Shown here: positions 55,315 to 64,000 of the stretch, in pieces
Position numbering within the stretch: position 1 is the first letter of the stretch
Layout of the letters: each line of letters opens with the position of its first letter
NCBI GenBank assembly: GCA_010093605.1
Contig: MU004200.1
Location: 496,001-560,000 of the forward strand
DNA length: 64,000 nt
Source of the DNA: Lophium mytilinum
Taxonomy: Eukaryota
Direction: 5' to 3'
Translations under genes and position numbers: made by a program
Notes under the pieces: model-generated
Told to the model about the DNA's origin: nothing
The model's database searches: none
The model's input: the letters and a program-made list of their open reading frames with translations, nothing else

Positions 55315-57330
55315 CTATGCCTTGCCAGGCGCTTTCCAGCCACCTCTCACGGCGACCTTGCCGCCCACCTCTCTAGCAAAGAACGTACAACTCAGGTCTG
55401 CCGCAACGTTGATCTGCAGCTCGACCTTTGCACCCTTGCTGAGTCCCTTGAGCGCGGCTTCCGCCAACACATTCTCGACCTTGTAGGTCTTCTCCCTCAA
55501 TTCTTCCTCCTCGTCGCTTTCGTCGCTATCCTCATCGTCGTCTGAGTCATCTGCCGCTTTGCCGTTGGCCTTTGGCTCCGGCTTCGTGACCTTGATCACC
55601 CTGGTGCCCTCGCAGATCTTCACGAGTACGTCCCCGCCTTCTCGTGGAGTAGCAATGATAGCCGTTCTCCGCACGGGCACTGGAGTCTCGGCTTCGACTA
55701 GATGGCGGAACACTCCAGTGGACTCGTCGCTTGAGATGCAGAGAACACCAATGGCACGGGCCAGATGAGGCGTGACCGTGACCATGGGATGTGTGCTCTG
55801 ATCGATATCCTCAGTCTCGAACTCCTGGATAAGACTGGCCTGTATCGCGGCGCCACGAGCAGCGAGCTCGCTGGGATTGATGGCAGTAGCGGAGGTAGAT
55901 GGTGCGAGGACGGTGGTGGACTCCGGGAAGGCTGAAGCGAGCGAAGAAGCAATGCGCGGCGTGTGCGCCGTTCCACCAGCGAGGATGATCTCTGAGATAT
56001 CGAGCGGGTCCAGCTGAGCCTTCTCGACAACATTTAGGACGAGACGGACGAAGGTAGCAAACACTTTGGACGAGATAGTCTCGTAGCGCATGCGGTTAAT
56101 GGAGCATGTGAAGTCAAATCCCTTCGACAAGCTCTCGACGGAGAAGTTTGCAGAAGAACCGATGGACAACGCCTTCTTGACCGCTTCTGACTCTAGCTTG
56201 AGCTTCGCGGACGCGCGATCGTCTACGCGTGGGTCGCCACCGTTCTTCCATTTCTTGAGGAACTCCTTGGCGAAGTAGTCCATGAGGACTTCGTCCAATT
56301 GCGCACCACCAACGTCGTAGTCGTGTGCAGTAGCTAGGATACTGTACATGCCACCTCGGGACGCAATAACAGCGACATCAGAGCGAGTACCGCCTAGATC
56401 CGCGACGACTATGTTCTTGTCCGCGAGTTTGGCCTCTGGGCGCGCATCGTAGGCGAGAACAGCAGCGACTGGCTCATTGATGAATTGGAGCACCTCGATG
56501 CCTGCATCTTTGGCAGCTTTGCTAAGGGCGTCCTTTTGCGCATCCGAGAAGTTGGTAGGAACGGTGATGACGGCTGCGTTAACGTTCTTGCCCAGGTAAT
56601 CCGAGGCAGAGTTCTTCAACTTGCGAAGATGGCGCGTGGTGATCTCGGATACGGTGACAGTGTTCTCAGTATCGTCCTCCTTGTCTTTTATCTTGAAGGC
56701 TACCGTAGATTCGTGCTGGATCGGGTGCGCGGAATGATGGCATGGGGTCGGATCTATCGACTTGAAGCTACGCTCGTGATTAGCTATGCTCTTCAAATGG
56801 CGCACAGCAACCAACATACTCTTGTCCTAGGAAGTCTCTGAAATAGGCGACTGTGTTTTTGGCATTTCGAACTAGCTGTGCTTTTGCTTGTGTTCCTTGG
56901 AATTCCTCCCCGGACACGTATGATAGTATAGAGGGAATTTGACGATCTATCTTCCTGTTAGCCTCTGGACGTCTTTTCAACTCCTCGAAGCCAATGTGTT
57001 GCCCAGATTGAGGATGTTGACAGTTTTGGGAAGCTGAAATAGGAATCTATGTATCAAGCTTCCCATTGTGACCATTATTGCGAACACACTACTTCTTGGT
57101 ATATCTAAAGGTTCAATCTGGGTATAGAACTGAAAGAATCGCAACTAACCTCCTTCTTCGTTGGCTATGACCTCTGCTTTTCCTTCCTGGTCGTATTGTT
57201 AGTGTTATTTCCATAATTGGTTGGCTGCGAAGAGTAGACTTACACCGGAAGTGTAGGCAATCGAGCTATAGGAGTTCCCAAAGGAAATACCAATAGCTAC
57301 CCGCTGGGCGGGGCTCTCTTCTTCGGACAT
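55315..57330 (-). CDS. SSZ1: Atypical Hsp70 of the ribosome-associated complex
   Basis: AIGISFGNSYSSIAY, VIANEEG|DRQIPS, ADLGGTRSD, ATAHDY, ELAARGAAIQASLI; acidic insert and truncated C-terminus typical of Ssz1; 3 introns. Confidence 0.93.
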
Positions 57331-57648
57331 TTTTCGTCGTGGGTGGATCGCGCGCTCCTGAAACTTGGTAGAGACGTTCGTGATAGGACGGCGATGCTTG
57401 AGGGGTTTCTTTGGAGTCCTCGGAGCTGTGTGCCGAGTATGAGAGAGAAGTTGGTGAGAGGCTGAGGGCGAAATTCACTTCGACCAAAATTTACACTTCG
57501 ACAAGCCCTGCCCGAAGTGCAGCCGCGTCCAGTGGGGTCGAGTTGAATAACACAGCTCGTCCAATCGCACGAAGCGTAAGACTTTTGTCTCATACTCAAC
57601 ACCAAATCTCCATCTCTTGTCTCACTAAGCATTGAACCTCTCTACGAC

Positions 57649-58433
57649 ATGACTTCCGCGCAAACTATCGTCCTGCCGGGCGACACCATCGCTCCCAATG
57701 CGCTCCCAACCTCTGCGAATCCGAACAAGCCTCTAACACTCGGCCCTGGCCTCCGCCATATCCCACCGCAAACCATCACAACTACCATCGCCGGCGCATT
57801 GTCAACTGATTCAAAGAAAAACGCTGCCTGGATTGAATATAACAGTGGCCGGGTAGGCGCATCTTAAGGAAAAAGCATCTCAGTCCTCCCATCTCTAACG
57901 CATCTCAGTATACACCATCCACCTCCGACTTAGTGATCGCAACAGTCACCAACTCCGTCTCCGAAGCATACAGCTGCACCCTTACTCCATATACTCCTAC
58001 AGTAACGCTGCCACACTTGGCTTTCGAATCTGCAACCCGCAAGACTCGTCCACAGCTAGCCAACCATGCACTCGTCTACGCCCGCGTTGTATCCGCATCC
58101 CGAGATACCGCCCCCGAAATCACCTGCATAGACCCCAGCACAGGAAAATCGGAGGGTCTGGGCCCTTTGAAAGGCGGAATGGTGTTCCCCATCAGTATGG
58201 GAATGGCGAGGAGGCTGTTGAGTGGCCGGAAAGGCGGCGTCAACGTCTTGGAGGGCCTAAGTGAACGACTAGCGTTCGAGGTTGCCGTCGGGAGAAACGG
58301 GATGCTATGGGTTGATGGCGGGAATGTGCGAACAACTTTAGCGGTTGGCCGTGCCGTACAAGAGGTGGATACTGAGGCTCTGGGAGACAAAGGCCAGAGT
58401 AAAGTGGTAGACCGAGTGTTGAGAGGACTATGA
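57649..58433 (+). CDS. RRP40: Exosome cap subunit Rrp40
   Basis: VLPGD, LGPGL, GR|YTP, LAFESATRKTRPQL, LVYARV, GLGPLKGG, FEVAVGRNG..WV; one intron. Confidence 0.93.
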
Positions 58434-59217
58434 GAGAGATAGCCGTCGCTGTCAACGCTCGGCCAACAAAACGGAGTTCGGGCATGTCAATTTTCGTGCA
58501 TTGGGTGGAGTTTATGACTGGAATTCGGCGACAATATACCCCATTCGCGAGATACGACGGTAGTGCAAACACGATTTTCATCTACATGCCACTGCCAGGG
58601 TCTTTGAAGACTCTTTGAACTTCCCTTATCCTCTCAGCTCTAAGTCAAGTCCAGGGCTCTAACATCAGCGGCTTACATGATCTCTAAAAGCCGCTGTGAC
58701 AGCTGCAAATAGGCCGAATGAACTTTGCTACCGATGGTTGGAAGTTGAAACAGAGCTCAGCTTTCATCTTTGTAGCTTCTACTACCAGGGCCTTTTCGAC
58801 GACTCTATATATCGAGTCTTTCCTGTAGCGGTGCCAAGACAGGGCTCAGAGAATAGCGTTGGTGACAGCATATTCGAGGACCTCCCAGCGATCATAAGCA
58901 GTGCAAAGACTAACAGTTCGATATCTCAGGTTGAACTGCCTTACAGCCCTTGTTGCTGATGATTTTCCTCGGCGGCCTGTCTCCTGCCTGAAATTTTCAG
59001 CCTTGTCACGACATAGTCTTGGATGCGGGGTCGGTTTGCCCAATCGGCACTGGGATGAATGATGTGTTGATAACTAAGTGGGGGGCACGCCCTACCTACA
59101 TACCTGCTTCCGTGAGTCAACTCGAAGATTTTAGTTCAAGCAACTCTCGCCCTCATTTCTCACTATCCTGCTGTTTTCTACGCCGAGCAGTCCTGATTCT
59201 CTGCGTACCGTCCAGCA

Positions 59218-60686
59218 ATGTCATCCATGGGCGAGTATGTGGTCACGAAGGGCTCTGAGGACGAAATCCCGCTCGACAAACTTTCGTTCTCGAGTGAGGA
59301 TTCATCTGTATCCGAAGAAGACCAGTTTTTGCTAGACGAAGAATTAGCCACACAGAAGTTCCCGCCAGTGGACAGGGGAGCCGGGGCATGGAAGTTCCTA
59401 CTTGGGTGTTGGCTCATAGAAGCCGTGCTATGGGGTGTGTACTGATATCATCTATTCAAATTATTTTTCTTGCTTCATTACACACGTACTCATGATCTCC
59501 AGGTTTTCCTCTTGCGTTCGGGATATTTCAGTCCCATTATTCGCAACACTCTCTGTTCAGCACGTCAAAGAATATACCCACAATCGGTGCACTCGCTGTT
59601 GGAATTTCCTATCTTGGTGTCCCAATTACTAGCCCTATCACCTTGCGCTATCCCCAGTATCATCTTCACATTCTTTTCCTTGGCTGGGCTCTCTGCATCT
59701 CAGGCCTCATCCTCGCAAGTTTCGCAACCCAAACATGGCACCTCATGCTCACCCAAGGCGCCATGTATGGCGTCGGATGGGTCGTATGCTACACCCCCTT
59801 CCTAATCATGTTGAACGAGTGGTTCTACGACCGCCGCGGCTTGGCCTACGGCATCCTCTTCGGCGCTTCAGGAGTATCCGGCCTGATCCTCCCCTTCGCC
59901 CTCGAAGCCCTCCTCGCCCGCTACGACTTCCGCATCACCCTCCGCATCTTCGCCATCGCCACCGTTCTCGTCTGCGGCCCCAGCTTCTTCCTCATCCGCC
60001 CCCGCATCCCCGTGCATCTCCAGCACAAGCCGCCACCCCCATCCGGCGCCCCCAGACCCTACAACTTCCTCCGCAACCCCCTCACCTACGTCTTCGGCTT
60101 CAGCATCGCCCTGCAAGGCCTCGCCTTCCCCTTACCCCCCACCTTCCTCCCCTCCTACGCTACCGCCCTCGCCCTCCCCGCCTCCTCAGGCGACCTCCTC
60201 CTCTCCCTCAATTCCCTCGCCCAGGTCACCGGCCAGATCCTGCTCGGCCACTTCTCCGACAACGTCAGCACCCACCTCCCCCACTCCATCTCCTCCCTCA
60301 TCACCGGCCTCGCCGTGCTGCTCCTCTGGGGCCCCGCGCGCGGCATCGGCAGCCTCGCCGCGTTTGCCGCGCTGTGGGGTGCGTTCGCGGGCAGCTATAG
60401 TGTTAGCTGGACCAAGATCGCGGCGCGCATGGCCGAGGGGGAGGATGAGGGGAGGAGGGCGGCTGCGACGATGACGCTGTATGCGTGGTTTAGTTTTGAG
60501 CGCGGGGTTGCGGATATCTTGGCTGGGCCGATTAGTGCGCTGCTACTGGGGAGTGAGGTTAGAGTTGGGGAGTTTGGGGTGGGGAAGTGGAAGAGGGTGG
60601 TGGGCTTTTGTGGGGGTGTGTTGCTGATGAGTTCGGTCGGGGGGTTGGGGTGGTTTTGGGAGAGGAGGGGGAGGTGGGGGAGATGA
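59218..60686 (+). CDS. MFS monocarboxylate transporter-like
   Basis: PPVDRGAGAWKFL, FGIFQSHY, LTQGAMYGVG, EWFYDRRGLAYGI, GHFSD; one intron. Start could be 59227. Confidence 0.9.
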
Positions 60687-60733
60687 GGGCGATGAGGTGG
60701 GAGTGTAGCTTGGAGGGTATCAGGTTGTTATTG

Positions 60734-61347
60734 GCTTCCTCTTGACCTAGAGGTAGTGTCGCGTTGGGGCCTCCCTTGACAGTGGTATCTAGCTCGTAAA
60801 AGGCATACTTGAAAAATAATATCTGTGGGCCTGCACTTATAGCTTAGTACTGTAGTAGTCAGGCGTTATATTAGTTTTAGGCCACGCAATCTAAGCTTCC
60901 TCTTGACCTAGAGATATCCTCGTCTCGGCGCCACCCTTAACAGTGGTAGCTAGCTTGCAAAAGCAAGACTTGAATGGTGCTATATCTATGTACTCACACT
61001 TATGGCCTAGTGCTGTGGTAGTGAGGCGTTATGTTAAGTTTAAGACCGCGTAATATAAGCTTCCTCTTGGCCAAAAAGTATCTTTGCATTGGGCTACCCT
61101 TGACAGTCGTGTCCAGCTTGCAAAAGCGACAATCGAACAGTGATATTTGAGTGCTTAAACTTGCGGCTTAGAACTATAGTAGCAAGGCGCCATGTCAAGT
61201 TCCGGACCGCGTAATCTAGGCTTCCTCTTGACCAAGCGGTATCCTCGAGTCGGAGCCACCCTTGACAGTCGTGTCTAGCTTGTAGAGGTGACACTCGAAC
61301 AGTGATATCCGTGTGCCCAAAATTATGGCCTAGTACTGTAGTAGCAA
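60734..61347. repeat. Diverged tandem array, ~162-bp unit, about 3.8 copies
   Basis: gcttcctcttg.cc recurs at 60734, 60895, 61059, 61220 (spacing 161/164/161). Shared blocks ccctt.acagt, agct.g.a, ctt....c.tag..ct.t.gtag. Confidence 0.92.
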
Positions 61348-61530
61348 TGAGACACAAGGAGACACACCCACGTTCAAGTCAAAGCAAAAGAGGATAATGA
61401 GTTTCAGTATGTCCATTCAATTCGCAAGCCTAGGGCGAGCAGGCTACAGATCGGCCTAGGATGATAATATATATACATCGCACAAAGAGAGAAAGAGAGA
61501 ATATCAACTCGAGGTATCTCGAGCTTACAA

Positions 61531-61569
61531 ATGCAGGACCAATATGCAGGATCAATATGCAGGATCATA
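61531..61569. repeat. 13-bp tandem repeat, 3 copies
   Basis: atgcaggaccaat atgcaggatcaat atgcaggatcata. Confidence 0.85.
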
Positions 61570-61699
61570 CTGCTGATTCCAACCGCTCAGATCCAATCCA
61601 GCAGCAAACATCAAAGGAAACAAGAGTAAAGAGAGAAAAGGAAAAGATTCGTCGACATGACCCAGCCTCATCACAATCTGGCCCCCAGCTCACAATCCA

Positions 61700-63406
61700 T
61701 CAGTCCGAATCGGAGATTACGTACGAGGTCCTCTGCCTCTTCGCCTTCTGCTGCTCCTTCTGTCCCAGCGCAATCTGCTCCTTGCGGTCGCTGTTCGAGC
61801 GCTTGTTGCTCGCCTTGACATGCTCCTGGCCCTCGGGGTCTAGCACAAGCTTCTGCATGACCCAACCGCCCTCCATCACATCGATGCACATGCACTTCCA
61901 CTTCTTCAGGATTCTGCAGATCATCTCGAGACGCTCCAAGCAGGTCGCCGGCGCCGTGGACTTGGGGTGAGGCTTCTGGTGGCGCTTGGGCAGGGCCAGA
62001 CCGATTGTGTAGAGAGCGCAGACCGCCTCGAAGAGGTCCCAGCACTGCGATTCAATCTCGACGTTGTCATAGGGTGCCGATTTGTGTCGGGGAGTGGCAC
62101 TGACGAAGCGACGGTAGCCTTGCGAGTTGAGGTTGTCTTCGACGCCGGTGGTGTCGAGCAAGGCGTCGTGGATTCGCTTCACCCAATAGTGTGGGTTGGC
62201 TCTGATCAATGGGAAGTTTTTGTCCACTCTGACGATTCGAGGCTGGGCGCGCCAAGCTGCGGCGTCGTCGCCGTTGACGAAATGTCCAGAGAAGGGAGCG
62301 TAGTTCGGGTTCGAAACTGGGGCAGGATTGAATGTGCCGAGGGTAGCGACGGTGGAGGGAGTCGCAGTCTGAGGGGAAGTGGTGGCAGAACCCGTGGTGG
62401 CTACGGTGGTCGGAGTCGCAGTCAAAGGAGCAGTCTGGACTGGGCGCATCGGAGAAGTGGTATCGAACACGCCTCTAGGGTACAAGATAGGATCCAAGCC
62501 AACGATTTGATCGATCCGGGCGAATTCGGCAGCCAAGCTTGCATCCGGGACATAGGCTAGCTCAGGGCTTGTAGTGGCAGGGGGGCCTTCGATCGACGGA
62601 AGGACTGTATCGGCAGCGATGGCTAGTTCAGGGCTTGTAGTGGCAGGGAGGCCTTCGACGGGCGGATAGGCTGTACCGGTAGCGATGGCTAGCTCAGGGC
62701 TTGTAGTGGCAGGGAGGCCTTGGATGGGCTGATAGGCTGTACCGGTAGCGATGGCTAGCTCAGGGCTTGTAGTGGCAGGGGAGCTTTCGATCGACGGAAG
62801 GACTGTACCGGCAGCGATGGCTAGCTCAGGGCTTGTGGTGGCAGGGGGGCCTTCGATGGGCAGATAGGCTGTAGAACGAATGTTGGCCATGAATTGGAGT
62901 TCGGTAGGCTGCGCTAGCTCAGGACGGACAGGCGGCACGATCTGGTTGAGGAGGTCTTCGAATTCAACAGGATCAAGCTCGGCGTAATCGATGGGAGGGG
63001 CGTCTTCATAGGCGTCGGAGGCAGAATGACCAAGGTCGGCATGCTTGATGGGAGGGGCGTCTTCATAGGCGTCGGAGACAGAATGACCAAGGTCGGCATG
63101 CTTGATGGGAGCGGCGGCTGCATAGGCGTCGAAGGCAGAATGACCTGGGTCGGCGTGATTGATGGGAGCGGCGGCTTCATAGGCGTTGAAGGCAGAATGG
63201 CCAAGGTCGGCGTGATTGATGGGAGCGGCGGCTTCATAGGCGTTGAAGGCAGAATGACCAAGGTCGGCGTGGTTGATGGGAGCGGCGTCTTCATAGGCGT
63301 CGAAGGCAGTATGACCAAGGTCGGCGTGATTAGTGGAATCGGCTTCATAGGCGTCGAAGTCGAAGAGCTCGTTGGAGACCGGCTCGAAATCTGAATGGAA
63401 AGACAT
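61700..63406 (-). CDS. Hypothetical protein (~568 aa) with two tandem peptide-repeat blocks and a helical Cys/basic C-terminal domain
   Basis: Intronless ORF from MSFHSDFE. 19-aa repeat x6+, 22-aa repeat x5, Thr-rich linker, then WVKRIHDALLD...IESQCWDL...TCLERLEMICRILKKWKCMCIDV...DP...KASNKRSN. Confidence 0.75.
   Translation of the reverse strand: MSFHSDFEPVSNELFDFDAYEADSTNHADLGHTAFDAYEDAAPINHADLGHSAFNAYEAAAPINHADLGHSAFNAYEAAAPINHADPGHSAFDAYAAAAPIKHADLGHSVSDAYEDAPPIKHADLGHSASDAYEDAPPIDYAELDPVEFEDLLNQIVPPVRPELAQPTELQFMANIRSTAYLPIEGPPATTSPELAIAAGTVLPSIESSPATTSPELAIATGTAYQPIQGLPATTSPELAIATGTAYPPVEGLPATTSPELAIAADTVLPSIEGPPATTSPELAYVPDASLAAEFARIDQIVGLDPILYPRGVFDTTSPMRPVQTAPLTATPTTVATTGSATTSPQTATPSTVATLGTFNPAPVSNPNYAPFSGHFVNGDDAAAWRAQPRIVRVDKNFPLIRANPHYWVKRIHDALLDTTGVEDNLNSQGYRRFVSATPRHKSAPYDNVEIESQCWDLFEAVCALYTIGLALPKRHQKPHPKSTAPATCLERLEMICRILKKWKCMCIDVMEGGWVMQKLVLDPEGQEHVKASNKRSNSDRKEQIALGQKEQQKAKRQRTSYVISDSD
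62556..62874 (-). repeat. Coding 66-bp repeat x5 (TAYxPIEGPPATTSPELAIAxG)
   Basis: gctag.tcagggcttgt.gtggcag at 62556, 62622, 62688, 62754, 62820. Confidence 0.95.
62991..63359 (-). repeat. Coding 57-bp repeat x6.5 (DAYEDAAPINHADLGHSAF)
   Basis: atgggag at 62991, 63048, 63105, 63162, 63219, 63276, plus a partial copy. Confidence 0.95.
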
Positions 63407-64000
63407 GGCAGGCCAGCTGATATGTCGGTATTGGAACGATGAAAATGCTAATAAGTGAAGGGCACCAGGCCTTTGGAAAAGAAGTGAAGCAAGGAGAAGC
63501 GTGACGGTCGTAAAAAGGGTCGTGAAGTTGAAGGAAAAGAGAAGGACGCTCAAGAGAAGGTAGACATGAAGAGAATTTAAGGCGAGGGCGCAACAGGAAC
63601 AATAGGACTGGCGACCCAATAAGATCAATAGGCCACTGCTATTGATGTGCGCGGACAATAGTAAAAAGTGAGCGGCCTGGCAGCTGGTGAACGCACGTGC
63701 CACATGTTGGCTCGCGGTCATCGTGCGGCCACTTTCCCGGTTGCCAGCGCGCCGCTATGCCGCACTGCTCTGGCCGAGGGGAAGGGTTCGAGACAGGTAG
63801 TCCACTTACGTGTAGAGGAGGATTGGCATCAATGGCATGCGCTGGTACAGTGACAGGCCACGAGTCTGGGCACACTGGTCCACCACTGCTTGCGTGGGGT
63901 ACCCCCACAAGATTTCCAAGATCCAGCGGCGATGTCGAGGTTCAAGCACTACAGGTTAGTCTATCTCTTGACGACTGGCTGTTCAGCAACCAGGCTATCC

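Noticed and set aside
59735..60400. 221-aa Arg/Pro-rich ORF
   Set aside because: Off-frame reading of the C-biased MCT gene.
60734..61347. CRISPR-like interpretation of the periodic array
   Set aside because: Units are homologous along their whole length with no unique spacers, there are no cas genes, and the context is eukaryotic.
63407..63721. Hydrophobic N-terminal extension of the 673-aa ORF
   Set aside because: Looks like pyrimidine-rich 5' UTR/promoter sequence that is open by chance. The ATG at 63406 (gccATG) is preferred, though the extension is not excluded.

Overview
Gene-dense eukaryotic DNA from a filamentous ascomycete, probably a Dothideomycete (inferred from short GT-AG introns with CTRAC-type branch points and the gene content). 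I can support about 28 intron-containing protein-coding genes. Core genes are a PPT1-like thioesterase, CIC1/UTP30-like L1-domain protein, TOS4-like FHA factor, ubiquitin-RPL40, RRN7, eIF5A, VPS52, MBF1, pentafunctional ARO1, OSCA/TMEM63 channel, MIX17, GH72 glucanosyltransferase, SSZ1 and RRP40. Accessory genes include a spliced ABM-domain gene ending in SKL that the ORF track missed, a small secreted protein, a 99-aa single-TM orphan, a sugar porter and a DUF4246 oxygenase-like gene. A block after ARO1 holds a Zn2Cys6 TF, TMEM184, NmrA-like and GRE2-like reductases, a Kre9-N membrane chimera and an AttH/CrtC-like barrel protein. An F-box/LRR gene, an MCT transporter and a doubly repetitive orphan complete the set. 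Non-coding highlights: a 349-bp TA-flanked Tc1/mariner-type MITE, a diverged ~162-bp x4 tandem array, and a long G-U-rich hairpin filling the MBF1 intron, with further stems in the long introns of RPL40, SSZ1 and RRN7. There is also a GC-AG intron, a Gcn4/CpcA site before ARO1 and an MCB-like cluster before TOS4. No tRNA, rRNA or CRISPR array was seen. Family assignments come from motif recognition by eye, not database searches.
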